From: Carpediemonas membranifera BICM | Lineage: Eukaryota > Protista > Fornicata | DNA: 64,000 nucleotides | Assembly (NCBI GenBank): GCA_019828565.1 | Contig: JAHDYR010000025.1 | Coordinates: 248,001 to 312,000, forward strand | Direction of reading: 5' to 3' | Shown here: in pieces, positions 1-9,823 of the stretch | Numbering within the stretch: the stretch's first letter is position 1 | How the letters are laid out: the number at the start of each line of letters is the position of its first letter | Position numbers and translations under genes: made by a program | Notes under the pieces: model-generated | Told to the model about the DNA's origin: nothing | Seen by the model: only the letters and a program-made list of their open reading frames with translations | Database searches by the model: none

Positions 1-585
1 ACCCCTCTCCGCGCCCTCTGCACCCTCGACCCGACGATCTCTGCCGTCGTCCAGACGCTCTCCTTCCGTCGCATCAAGGGCAACAAGTTCACCACTGGCC
101 GCCTCTTCGTCTCGGGCGCCCCCTTCCTCATGCTGCACGACGTCGTCGTCTACGGATGGGTCCTCCTGACCGTCCTCAAGGCCACCCAGGGCCTGCCCGA
201 GGCCCTTGCCCAGACGTACGCCGTGATGAGCTTCCTGATGGTGACCTGGCTCGGCCCCAACATCATGCGCCACACGATCCTCTCCTTCGTCAGCTCCAAC
301 ATCCACTACTACGCCAACGAAAAGAGCGGCGAGGCCATCGACTCCCGCGTCAAGCAGTGCCAGGTGCTCGACACCCCTCTCGTCTGGCCCCTCCACCTGT
401 TCTGTGCGGCGTTCGGCCAGACCCACGGCATCCACCACTACGTGCCCAAGCAGGCGTGGTGGGTCAGGACTATGATCCGCAAGGAGGCCACGACCGCCAT
501 GATCGAGGCCGGTGTCCGCCACAACGACCTCGGGACGTTCTTCCGGGCTAACCGCTGGCCTGGCAGTGCCAAGAAGGAAGAGTAA
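1..585 (+). CDS. Membrane fatty-acid desaturase-like protein, bacterial type (5'-partial)
   Basis: Frame is open from base 1. The C-terminal motifs SNIHYY...QCQVL...WPLHLFCAAFGQTHGIHHYV...GVRHNDLGTFFRANRW (HxxHH box) resemble the proteobacterial FA_desaturase family. Confidence 0.75.
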   Translation, partial: TPLRALCTLDPTISAVVQTLSFRRIKGNKFTTGRLFVSGAPFLMLHDVVVYGWVLLTVLKATQGLPEALAQTYAVMSFLMVTWLGPNIMRHTILSFVSSNIHYYANEKSGEAIDSRVKQCQVLDTPLVWPLHLFCAAFGQTHGIHHYVPKQAWWVRTMIRKEATTAMIEAGVRHNDLGTFFRANRWPGSAKKEE

Positions 586-869
586 TGGCATCTTAGGGCC
601 GTTTGGGCCGCCATTATGATATAAATATTGAAATTACCCGCCTCCAGGCCGCGTGTGACGGAGTTGGGGACACAGAAAGACCGTTAGTCCATCAATTGTT
701 CGCGAAATACGTCATGAGGTCGAGTACAAGAGTTCCGCAGTTTATGTCATGAATCACGTGGTAGAGGTTTATGTGGAGGATTCATGTAAAGGTGACTTAA
801 GCTGTCGACCCCCCTAGGATGAACTCCAGAGGACTGAACAATTCTAATCCTGCGCGGCACAAATCACCC

Positions 870-1118
870 ATGATGAATCACAGCTGTGAGCTAGAAATCC
901 CATTCAACGATGCGACACACATCCAGTACATCATTAACTCATTTGCTGTCGACGGTGAGCGTAATGAGGAGTCTGCGAAAGAGTTTGAGATTGAAGGTAA
1001 CGTTTTGAAGATAAGAATCACCGCAAAGACCACTCGGATGCTCAGGATAGCGACATGGTCCTTTTTCGAGTTTCTTACTCTTGGCGTCGCTACAATTGAA
1101 CAATTTGGCGAGGTTTAG
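870..1118 (+). CDS. PCC1: KEOPS/EKC complex subunit Pcc1/LAGE3
   Basis: CELEIPF...INSFAVDGE...KEFEIEGNVLKIRITAKTTRMLRIATWSFFEFL...TIEQFG matches the Pcc1 pattern. An upstream in-frame ATG at 819 is also possible. Confidence 0.85.
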   Translation: MMNHSCELEIPFNDATHIQYIINSFAVDGERNEESAKEFEIEGNVLKIRITAKTTRMLRIATWSFFEFLTLGVATIEQFGEV

Positions 1119-1146
1119 AGGTGCTGACCTTTCGAGGCTCCCGCGT

Positions 1147-2581
1147 ATGAGCGAACGAGAACGACTGCGTCCCGACTTGACGACGTTATATGTCGCTCCC
1201 GATCCCGATGGTGGCGCCGGTGACAGTTGCCATCAAGCCCACCGTCTCTGCGAGATACTTCATGAGAGTGATTCAAGTGAGTCTCCCTGCCGACTTAAGA
1301 CGTGAGTAGGGGGATACAGGGCAGCATGTAGCACTTTACTGACCCTTCAACAGCTTGTGGCATAAACTGCACCGAGAAACACGTTCAATGAATCCGCAGT
1401 CTTCTCACTTGAAGCAAAATGCTGCTAACAGGAAGGATATGTTGGCATTAGCATCAATGGTTGCCAAACTTTCATCAAATGAGGGCTGCAGCCACCTGAA
1501 GGACAAATATTACATGTACAAGAGCGAATCTGAGGCTGCAGGCAATAATCTGAGAAGCAATAGCGAGAATATGCGCCGCAGGATCAGGGAATGCATCAAC
1601 CTGCTCGGAAAAGTCTCCGAAGGCCGCTACGGTGCAGACGCCATTCGCCAGCAGCTTTCCTCGCTCAGTGCCCCCCTCGGCGCCCTCACGGACATCATAG
1701 CGCAGAATAAGGAAGAGTACGATCACCTCTCGGCTCGGTCGACCCAGCTCCGGCGCACGGCCTCAGTTCTGGACGAGCTTCCCTCCTTCCTGACTGCCGA
1801 GCCGCAGCACCGCACCCGGGGCGTCCCCGGGCCCGCCGTGAAGGTTTGGAGCGAGGAGGCAGAGAAAGAAATGAAGCACGAGGCTGCCCAGCGGTGGCGC
1901 AAGGGAGAAGAGCGGAGGAAGGCTGAGCATGCTGAGGCCATAGAGGCCGAGGCTGCGGCGAAGAAAATGGAGGAGGCTCGCAGAGTGAGAGACGAGCAGG
2001 CGAAGCAGAAGGAGCTCCGGAAGACAGTCGAGCGGTATCGTCGCCAGCGCGAGCAGGAGAAGGCTGAGGCGGAAGCCCAGGCCGCGAAGGAGGAGGAGGA
2101 GCGCGCAAGGAAAGAAAAGGCCGCTCTCGAGCGTCGAAGAAAGGAACTCCACCGCAAGCTCGAGCTCTCCCGCCCGCCCGACGATGGGGAGGAGGAGGAG
2201 CCTCAGCCCCGACCTAAAACTGCGGCGGACCGTGAGGCCGAGGTGAGGGCTGTTCTCGAGCGGCACCGGCGTAATATGGAGTCTGTCGCCCGGAAGCGGA
2301 GGACTATCGAGGACATCGCCCGCAGGAAGGCCGCCCCGCAGCGTATTGCCGAGGAGATGGCCGTACGGGAGGACGCTAAGGTGCGGGCCCGCGTGGAGAG
2401 CGATCCGAGCAGGATAAGACGGCCGACTACTGCACAGGCATTCAGGATGGCGAGCATGCATGCCGGGGAAGGCTTCCTTGATGGGACGCCCGAGCCTGCT
2501 GCCGTCAACACGGGTTTCGACCCCATAAGCGCCGGGAGACTGGGGGGGCTCGCCACCCCTGCCTGGAGGAAGGGGCTTTGA
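1147..2581 (+). CDS. Coiled-coil protein, CCDC112-like (intron 1302-1353)
   Basis: The intron GTGAGT...ACTGAC...CAG (52 nt) joins the ATG-1147 frame to ORF 1355-2581 in frame. Long E/K/R-rich coiled coil; C-terminal SRIRRPT and TPAWRKGL resemble the CCDC112 terminus. Confidence 0.6.
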
Positions 2582-2920
2582 CGGCATGGTCGTAAATGGT
2601 GTGGCGACTGTTGCTGGGCGAGTGTGCCAAGGTGGAGGTAAATCTGTCATGATGATGGGGCCGAACCAGGTCCAAATCCGGAGAGCGTGCGGACAACGGT
2701 AGAGATCGTCGGGTTGAGTCTTTCGTCACTGACTCAGTCCCACTGTGCATGTGAGAATCAAAGATCAAATTATGCAGTCAACGAAATGACCATGAGCCTC
2801 TGTCATATGTTCCTGCCTCGCGTCTGGGGACCTCTGCGGCAAGGGCGATCGGTTCGACTCGGGGCAAAGTCGGCAATATCGAAGGCGTTCACCGATATCG
2901 TGCCGAAGGAACACATTCCG

Positions 2921-5900
2921 ATGGCCTTCAAACAACCACAGCACAAGCAGCGAATCAGTTCCTCTTATGAGCTCAAAAGTCACTGTTTCTCATTCATTTC
3001 CAACCAATTTTTCGCGATTTTCTTGCTTTTCAGTCTTATACCAGCCACACATGCGTTGAACTGGCTCCAGGAACAGAAGATATACGCCTCTGACTTCAGT
3101 TCCGGCGATCGCTTTGGCCAAGCGGTGTCAATTTCGAGCGACTCCGCCCTCGTCGGAGCCCACTGGAATGCCAATGCACACGGCACGGCCGCCGGTGCTG
3201 TGTACGTGTTCGTCCGTAACGAGACGGACAACACGTGGTCGCAACAGGACAAGCTCATCGGCTCCCAGATCGACGAGTATGATTACTTTGGTGTGGCCGT
3301 CGCGACTGACGGGGACGTCGCGGCCGTCGGAGCCCACAACCACGAGGTCAACTCCGAGGTCAGCGCCGGCATAGTCACCGTGTTTAACAGGGACGCAGAC
3401 GGCGTGTGGACCGAGGTGGCCTTCTTCGCTGCAGACACACCTCAGGCATACGGCACGTTCGGTCACAGCATCGCCATGTCGGGCGACTACATCGCCGTCG
3501 GGGCAGACGCGGTCGACCCCGGCTCGAGTGACGCCGTCGTCCCTGGAGTGGTGGGGTCGGCATTCATCTACTACAACAACCCGGTGACCGGCTGGGGGTT
3601 CCAGCAGGAGCTCTCCCCAGCAGGCACCCTGTACAGCGACAGAGTGGCAGAATCCATCTCCATCGATGGCGACACCGTCGTCTTCGGAGCGCCATACGCC
3701 AGGTCGAACGAGGGTGTCGTCTTCGTCTACATCCTGTCAGGGGCGACGTGGACCCACCAGATCACCCTCAGCGCCAGTGACGCGGCGTCGGGGGACCGGT
3801 TTGGCTGGGCCGTGAGTGTCTGCGGCGACTACCTCTTCGTGGGGGCGGACTGCAGCGGGACCGATGGCAGCGGCAAGGCGTACATCTTCGAGAGGATTGG
3901 GTCGACCTGGGACGAGGTCATGGCCATCGAAAACCCCCTCTCCGCTGGCCTATTCGGGACCACGGTGTCTGTCAGTGGCAACACTGGCATCATCGCAGCC
4001 AGGGGCACCGCCGCTCTCATATACTACCGCGACGGCGGCGTGTGGTCTCGGATAGACACCCTGGAGCCTGTATCCGCGACATACGTCGACAGGTTCGGCA
4101 GCGCTGTGGCAATCAGCGGCAACATCACCATCATCGCCGACGTGTGGGACAGCAGGGCCGGTTTCGGGACTGGTGCAGTTTATGCATTTGCCGGATACTG
4201 CGACCTGGGCTATAAGCGGTCAGAGTCTCTGTGTGTCGCGTGTTCTGAGGGCGAGTACCAGGACACATATGGCATGACGAGCTGCAAGACGGTCGAGGCC
4301 GGGTACTACGCCCCCAGCGGGTCAGCGCAGACGTCACCACTCGTGTGCGACGGGGGTCGGTGGCAGAATGAGACGGGCCAGGCATCGTGCAAGACGACCG
4401 ACGAGGGCTACTTCACGCCCAGCAACGGGACGGCGATGACGACGCAGATCCCGTGCTCCGCCGGGTATTACCAGGGCGCCAGCGGGGCGTCGTCCTGTGA
4501 GACCGCGCAGGTCGGGTACTACGCCCCCGCCGGGAGCCCGCAGACCGCCCAGCTGGCGTGCAACGGGGGCAAGTTCCAGAACGAGACGGGCCAGGCCACA
4601 TGCTACACGGTCGAGGCGGGGTTCTACACGCCGGCCACAGGACCCCAGTCGGCAGCGATAGAGTGCAACGACGGCAAGTACCAGCCGGACCCGGGCCAGT
4701 CGACCTGTCTCACGGCCACCGCGGGCTGCGTTGTGCCCGCCACCGGGCCCCAGACGACCGCAACACCCTGCAACACGGGATACTTCCAGGGCGAGAGTGG
4801 CGAAAGCACGTGCGACCACTGCCCCGCCCGCTTCAGCACAGGAGGCACGGGGGCGTACGCGGCGTGCGTGGAGTTCATCATCCAGGACACTGCCCTGTCG
4901 TCGGAGTCGGCCCCAATCACCGTGGAGACGGGGCACATGGCGTCCGCCCTCACTGCCGTGGCGGTGGGCAGCTGGTCGACGGAGCTGGTCGGCAATGGGA
5001 CAGAAGTGCTCGCCGTGCCCCTCGTCGCTCCCGGGGACGACCTCTCAGGCAACCACACCGTCGTGTGCACTCTCGCGGACGCCACCACAGCGACGGCGTA
5101 CGCCTCCTTCGACCCGGACTTCGTACTGGACGCGCCCACGCCTGTCATATCAGGCACCACCATCCGGGCGACGGCCATCGGCCCCGCATGCCCCACGGTC
5201 ATGGCGTTCGGCACCATGGGCGCGTTCCCTCTCGATGCCGTGGCCGTGCAGGGCAGCACCATCGCTTGCGCCTCAGCCGACGTCGCCGTCACTGCCGGGG
5301 ATGTGAATACGCATTTTAACCCGAGTATTTCAGCGGTTTCGGCCAACGTCGAGGTTAACATCACCCTTGACGGAGCCAAGTTCGGGTCGACATCTGGACT
5401 TGCAGTCGAATTTGACTCGACCGCTCTTTCTGTGACAATTTCGTCTTCTGGCCAGCTTTGCTTCACACCAGGCGACTTCGAGCCCGGCTCCAACCACACC
5501 GTCGTCGCCAGTCTCGGTGGGACTGCATTCCTCTCCACCACGATCACTGCCGTCGTTGTCCTCGACGGCCCAGACGTTTCCAGCCCGGGCTCATCGGCCT
5601 CATCTCTGTGGGTCGTCCTCCTCGCTGCCAGCGGGGCTGGCGCGGTGGTCATCCTCGCGACATTAGCGCTCCTGGCCGTCTGCTGTGTCAGCTGCGTCAT
5701 CTGTGCTGGTGCGGCGGGGCAGACCGCCGTTGTGGCCGTGAGACGCAGCAAGACTCACTCCAAGACAATCACGCAGCCCTGGGCCCCGCTGCTACAGGCC
5801 GCGTTCGACGGCGACAGCAACCGTGTGAAGGCGCTATGCAGCGCGGGGGTCGACGTCAATGAGGCTGACGCCGACCGCATGACAGCGATCAGCCTGGCGG

Positions 5901-6415
5901 CCCGCATGGGCCATAGCGGAGTGGTGGTGGCCCTGCTGGCCGCGGGAGCATCACCCACCATGCCACATCAGCCAAGGACAGTGTCACAGCCCGCTATCGA
6001 GACCTTCACCGGCCGTACCGCGGGCCCGCTGCACTTGGCGGCAGAGTCAGGTCATGCAGCGTGCGTTAAACTGCTCCTAGACGCCGGCGCGGACATCCAC
6101 GTGGCGGACAGCGAGGGGCAGACCCCGCTCGACCTGGCGATGACCGGGGAGCACGACGAGTGCGTTGCCCTGCTCAAGGCCGCCACAGCGCCACCCAAGG
6201 TGCTGCCAGCCATGCCGCAGGAGCTCGGGCGGCTGTCGAAGACGCTGCCCAAGGCATCGCTGCCGAGCGCCCGTGGTACACCCAGGACGGCCGCCCCAAA
6301 GCTCGTGCTGCCGTCCTGGGTGTCCACAGCGTCCGCCGTGACGCCAACCCTGCCACCTCAGCCGCGGAATGAAGCCTCGCCTGCTTTACCCGCAGACAAT
6401 GAGGCAAGCGGCTGA
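2921..6415 (+). CDS. Single-pass receptor-like protein: signal peptide, FG-GAP beta-propeller, Cys-rich (GCC2/GCC3, TNFR-like) repeats, beta-rich stalk, TM helix, cytoplasmic ankyrin repeats
   Basis: Hydrophobic FFAIFLLFSLIPATHA; about 7 repeats of FGxxVAISGD..VGA..GAVYVF; about 6 CxxGxYQxxxGQxSC repeats; TM LWVVLLAA...LALLAVCCVSCVIC; ankyrin motifs PLHLAAESGHAACVKLLLDAGAD and GQTPLDLA. Start codon uncertain. Confidence 0.85.
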   Translation: MAFKQPQHKQRISSSYELKSHCFSFISNQFFAIFLLFSLIPATHALNWLQEQKIYASDFSSGDRFGQAVSISSDSALVGAHWNANAHGTAAGAVYVFVRNETDNTWSQQDKLIGSQIDEYDYFGVAVATDGDVAAVGAHNHEVNSEVSAGIVTVFNRDADGVWTEVAFFAADTPQAYGTFGHSIAMSGDYIAVGADAVDPGSSDAVVPGVVGSAFIYYNNPVTGWGFQQELSPAGTLYSDRVAESISIDGDTVVFGAPYARSNEGVVFVYILSGATWTHQITLSASDAASGDRFGWAVSVCGDYLFVGADCSGTDGSGKAYIFERIGSTWDEVMAIENPLSAGLFGTTVSVSGNTGIIAARGTAALIYYRDGGVWSRIDTLEPVSATYVDRFGSAVAISGNITIIADVWDSRAGFGTGAVYAFAGYCDLGYKRSESLCVACSEGEYQDTYGMTSCKTVEAGYYAPSGSAQTSPLVCDGGRWQNETGQASCKTTDEGYFTPSNGTAMTTQIPCSAGYYQGASGASSCETAQVGYYAPAGSPQTAQLACNGGKFQNETGQATCYTVEAGFYTPATGPQSAAIECNDGKYQPDPGQSTCLTATAGCVVPATGPQTTATPCNTGYFQGESGESTCDHCPARFSTGGTGAYAACVEFIIQDTALSSESAPITVETGHMASALTAVAVGSWSTELVGNGTEVLAVPLVAPGDDLSGNHTVVCTLADATTATAYASFDPDFVLDAPTPVISGTTIRATAIGPACPTVMAFGTMGAFPLDAVAVQGSTIACASADVAVTAGDVNTHFNPSISAVSANVEVNITLDGAKFGSTSGLAVEFDSTALSVTISSSGQLCFTPGDFEPGSNHTVVASLGGTAFLSTTITAVVVLDGPDVSSPGSSASSLWVVLLAASGAGAVVILATLALLAVCCVSCVICAGAAGQTAVVAVRRSKTHSKTITQPWAPLLQAAFDGDSNRVKALCSAGVDVNEADADRMTAISLAARMGHSGVVVALLAAGASPTMPHQPRTVSQPAIETFTGRTAGPLHLAAESGHAACVKLLLDAGADIHVADSEGQTPLDLAMTGEHDECVALLKAATAPPKVLPAMPQELGRLSKTLPKASLPSARGTPRTAAPKLVLPSWVSTASAVTPTLPPQPRNEASPALPADNEASG

Positions 6416-6461
6416 CTCATTTATGTTTTCGGATACGTTATAAAGCGCCTGTTGAGCCCAT

Positions 6462-7673
6462 CTATTGCCTGTTTATGCTGATGTATTTCGCTATCTGCTT
6501 GGCGGCCTTGCTGACCTCCGGCGACCCCCCAAGATCGCTCTCCCCGCCCCACCGGCTCTGCAGCCCTGCCCAAGCCGCCCGGCCGGCGGAGTCCCGCCCC
6601 AGTCGGAACAGCGCGATGGTCTTATTGAGCCTGATCTCCGCACTGTCCGGGTCGAACTCGAGGGCCCGGTCGAAGGCGGCGAGGCAGTTGTCGGCATCGC
6701 CCAGATCCGCGAGAACAACGCCCATGAGCCCGAATATCGGAGCGTAGTCCGGCTTCAGTGCGGCTGCAGCCCTCAACTGATGGTACGCGGCGAGGGGGTG
6801 GCCCAGACTGACATGGACGAGGCCCTGGTTGTACGCGATAATCCAAGCGAACGGGGCCAGGTACCGTGCCCGACGGAGACACTGCAGCGCGACGAACGGC
6901 TGGTCCTGGGATAGGAAGCACAGCCCGATGTTGCTCCACAGTTGGGCCGACTGGGGCCGTTGGGCGGCGACGGCGCGGTACTTGGCCAGCGCCGCGTCGA
7001 TGTCACCCGAGTCTTGCATGACCGACGCGGCCGCCAGGAGAGTGCGGGGGGCCCGCTTATCGTACACCAGGGAGCGGCCCAGTAGCTGGAATGCCTCCTG
7101 CGTTTCCCCCAGCCGCAGTTTAAGGAGGCCGACCGTCCTGAGCAGACCTGGGTCGAGCGGGGCGAAGCCGAGGGCCTCCGTGTAGACCTTGATGGCGTAC
7201 TGGTAGTCTTCGACGATGACGCACAGTTTTCCGAGCTTCAGGTATGTGGGCAGATGCCGCTCGATGTCGTTCGCTCGAAGGAATGCCTCGCGAGCAGCGT
7301 CGTAGTCTTGTACGAAGGTTAGACACGACCCCTTGTGGTACCACGACTCCCAGTCATCAAGTTTGAGCTCCTCAAGGCGACCGTAGAGCTGTATTGCTTG
7401 CGAGTGGAGTCCAAGAAGCGTCGCAGACCTCGCCATCTGCTTCAAATATGACGCATTGTTTGGATTCAACTCGACTACTTGCTCAAAGAGGGAATATGAC
7501 TGCGCGATCTTCCCTTGCCGCCGGAAAATGAGGCCTTTGATAAAAATTGCGTATTCGGTGAGCGTTCCGGCCGATTCCATAACGTCAATCAACGATAGGC
7601 ACTCGTCTAGCCTTTCACGCACATATAGATTGTATACAGTCTGGTTTGCAGATCTGTCGGCACACGTTGCCAT
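6462..7673 (-). CDS. BBS4: BBSome TPR subunit BBS4
   Basis: EYAIFIKGLIFRRQGKIAQS, LKQMARS, AAASVMQDSGDIDAALAKYR and LWSNIGLCF...CLRRARYLAPFAWIIAYNQGLVH are colinear with BBS4. Confidence 0.92.
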   Translation of the reverse strand: MATCADRSANQTVYNLYVRERLDECLSLIDVMESAGTLTEYAIFIKGLIFRRQGKIAQSYSLFEQVVELNPNNASYLKQMARSATLLGLHSQAIQLYGRLEELKLDDWESWYHKGSCLTFVQDYDAAREAFLRANDIERHLPTYLKLGKLCVIVEDYQYAIKVYTEALGFAPLDPGLLRTVGLLKLRLGETQEAFQLLGRSLVYDKRAPRTLLAAASVMQDSGDIDAALAKYRAVAAQRPQSAQLWSNIGLCFLSQDQPFVALQCLRRARYLAPFAWIIAYNQGLVHVSLGHPLAAYHQLRAAAALKPDYAPIFGLMGVVLADLGDADNCLAAFDRALEFDPDSAEIRLNKTIALFRLGRDSAGRAAWAGLQSRWGGESDLGGSPEVSKAAKQIAKYISINRQ

Positions 7674-7838
7674 TGCTGGCCAAATCGGGCAAAACTTCAA
7701 ATGCCGACTAAGATTGCTTGCCACCCAACACATGCCTCACCGTCTGCCCTAAACTGCCGTTCTGTCCCTCATAGCGCAAGACCGGGCCTCCGCAGTTTAC
7801 GCTCATCATTTTCATCCCTTGCTGGATCACCACGACAC

Positions 7839-8492
7839 ATGGTTGGATGCATTAGCTTCCTATTCTGTGGTCTTTTTGGACGTAATAAGTCCTCAAGCGT
7901 TGCTATTCTCGGTCTTAGTGGCACCGGCAAGACCAAACTCGCCTACTTCCTTCATTCTGGGAGCCTCCTCGAAACATGCACCTCTGTGAACATCAACAGA
8001 TTGTCCTGTCATCCAGATCCGCGTAACTCTCGCACCGTGGACCTCATTGACGTTCCTTCTCACATGAATGCCTCGCTTGACACGCTCTCAAAAGACATCT
8101 CCGCTGTAGCGACCATCGTTGTCCTCCTCACCCCCGGCCTCGCTGCGAGCACCGCAGGCACTGGGATGAACGACACTGTGCAGCTTGTCGCCCGCCTCCT
8201 CACGATGACAACCCGCAAGACTAGGATCTTCCTCGGAGTCAACGACGACTCGGACCCTGGTGCGACTGTTACAGCGCTAGAGACAGCGATGACAGACCAC
8301 TACCGCCGCCGACAGCAGGCGGGCATGAAGGACTCGTCGGGCCAGGCCGAAGAGGGCGTCTTCCTGCTCCCGGGGCAGGCGTTCTCCTTCGAGAAGCACG
8401 CGTCGTGCCCGGTGACCTTTGGGCGGGTGAGCATCCCTCGGACGGCGGTCCGGGAGGAACTTGACATCAGCACGCTCATGCCCCAGTTGTAG
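7839..8492 (+). CDS. SRPRB: Signal recognition particle receptor beta subunit-like small GTPase (divergent)
   Basis: P-loop GLSGTGKT, ETCTS switch motif, LIDVPSH, and C-terminal GQAFSFEK...VTF typical of SRbeta. Confidence 0.75.
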   Translation: MVGCISFLFCGLFGRNKSSSVAILGLSGTGKTKLAYFLHSGSLLETCTSVNINRLSCHPDPRNSRTVDLIDVPSHMNASLDTLSKDISAVATIVVLLTPGLAASTAGTGMNDTVQLVARLLTMTTRKTRIFLGVNDDSDPGATVTALETAMTDHYRRRQQAGMKDSSGQAEEGVFLLPGQAFSFEKHASCPVTFGRVSIPRTAVREELDISTLMPQL

Positions 8493-8767
8493 GCTTGTAG
8501 GTTTGTAAAGAATGGAGTCGGAGTGGTTGTGGGGGACTAGTACTGGTACCGTTTCGTCTGCCAGCGGCGCTCTCTGAGTGAGGCGTCGATGAGGGTCGAT
8601 AGCTAGAACGAGGACCAAGTGACTGCGAGCCCGTTGTTCTGCTCTCAGATGCCTGACCTGGTCACTGCATCAGTGTGTCTGAGCAGGCTGACTTCCAGTG
8701 GTGAATATCCATGATGCCTCATCATAATCATTTGATGAGGCCACGGCCCTGCCAAGTCCAATTCTCG

Positions 8768-9664
8768 ATGTCCCTGCGCCGTCTGATGAAGACAGCGCCA
8801 CCGCTGGACTTTGTTGTGAAGTTCACGGACGAGAGCCGCAAGAAGATCACGCTTACGAAGGGGAAGAACAAGATGGTGGAGATCCCCGTGTTTCAGGACA
8901 AGGAGGCCATCCAGGGCACTCTTAAGATGACTCCCAAGCGGCAAATAGACCACCACGGCCTCCTGGTGGAGCTGATCGGCGTTGTCGAGTTCACAAACCA
9001 AACGAAGCAAGACACGGAAATCCTCCGCGTCAAGCAGACGCTTCTCGAGCCCGGCTCGATGGCCGAGGAGGTTACAGTCCCCTTCAAGATCGAGTCCGAG
9101 GAGATCAGCTTCGAGACATACAACGGAGCGAACGTCGGCCTGCACTATTACGTGCGCTTCTCTCTCTACAAGACGCCCACGAAGAGCACGCCCTGGTCGT
9201 TCAGCGAGGAGGTCGCCATCCACATCCCCCGCCCCCCTCCGCTCTCGGACCCCGCCATCAAGGACGATGTCGGCGTCGAGGACACGGTGCATATCGACTT
9301 CGAGTACAACAAGACGAAGTACCACCTCGATGACGTTATCATGGGTAAGATCTTCTTCATCCTCTGCCGCGTGCAGCTCAGGTCAGTCGAGCTCATGGTT
9401 GTCCGGAGGGAGAGCTACAACGTCAACAACGACGTCCACAATGACACCCAGACTGTTCTCAAGTATGAGCTGGTCGACGGCTCACCTGTGAGGGGTGAGA
9501 CTGTGCCGATCCGCCTCTTCCTGAAGGGGAGGGGCCTTACCCCAACCTACACGAACGTCAACAACAAGTTTAGCGTCAGATACTTCCTGATCCTGAGCAT
9601 GATCGACGAGAGCGAGCACCGCTGCTACAACCAGCAGGAGATCTTCCTCTACAGACGCCAGTAA
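8768..9664 (+). CDS. VPS26: Retromer subunit VPS26
   Basis: FETYNGANVGLHY, IKDDVGVEDTVHIDFEYNKTKYHLDDVIMGKIFF, YELVDGSPVRGETVPIRLFL, TPTYTNVNNKFSVRYFL. Confidence 0.96.
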   Translation: MSLRRLMKTAPPLDFVVKFTDESRKKITLTKGKNKMVEIPVFQDKEAIQGTLKMTPKRQIDHHGLLVELIGVVEFTNQTKQDTEILRVKQTLLEPGSMAEEVTVPFKIESEEISFETYNGANVGLHYYVRFSLYKTPTKSTPWSFSEEVAIHIPRPPPLSDPAIKDDVGVEDTVHIDFEYNKTKYHLDDVIMGKIFFILCRVQLRSVELMVVRRESYNVNNDVHNDTQTVLKYELVDGSPVRGETVPIRLFLKGRGLTPTYTNVNNKFSVRYFLILSMIDESEHRCYNQQEIFLYRRQ

Positions 9665-9823
9665 ATTAGCATACACCCTAACTGAAGACAGGGCGGGGTG
9701 TGAGCAGCAGTGGCCAGCTAATGGCATGCAGTAGCTCTTTCGTTTGACAGCGAGACCTCTCCGAGCCCCAGCACCGGACCCGCAGTTTAATCGGGAAATA
9801 GTGCGCGAGGCTGGGAACTTGAT

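Noticed and set aside
4195-4870. Regularly spaced ~105-bp repeats that might suggest an array
   Set aside because: They are in-frame Cys-rich protein repeats, not a CRISPR array or satellite.
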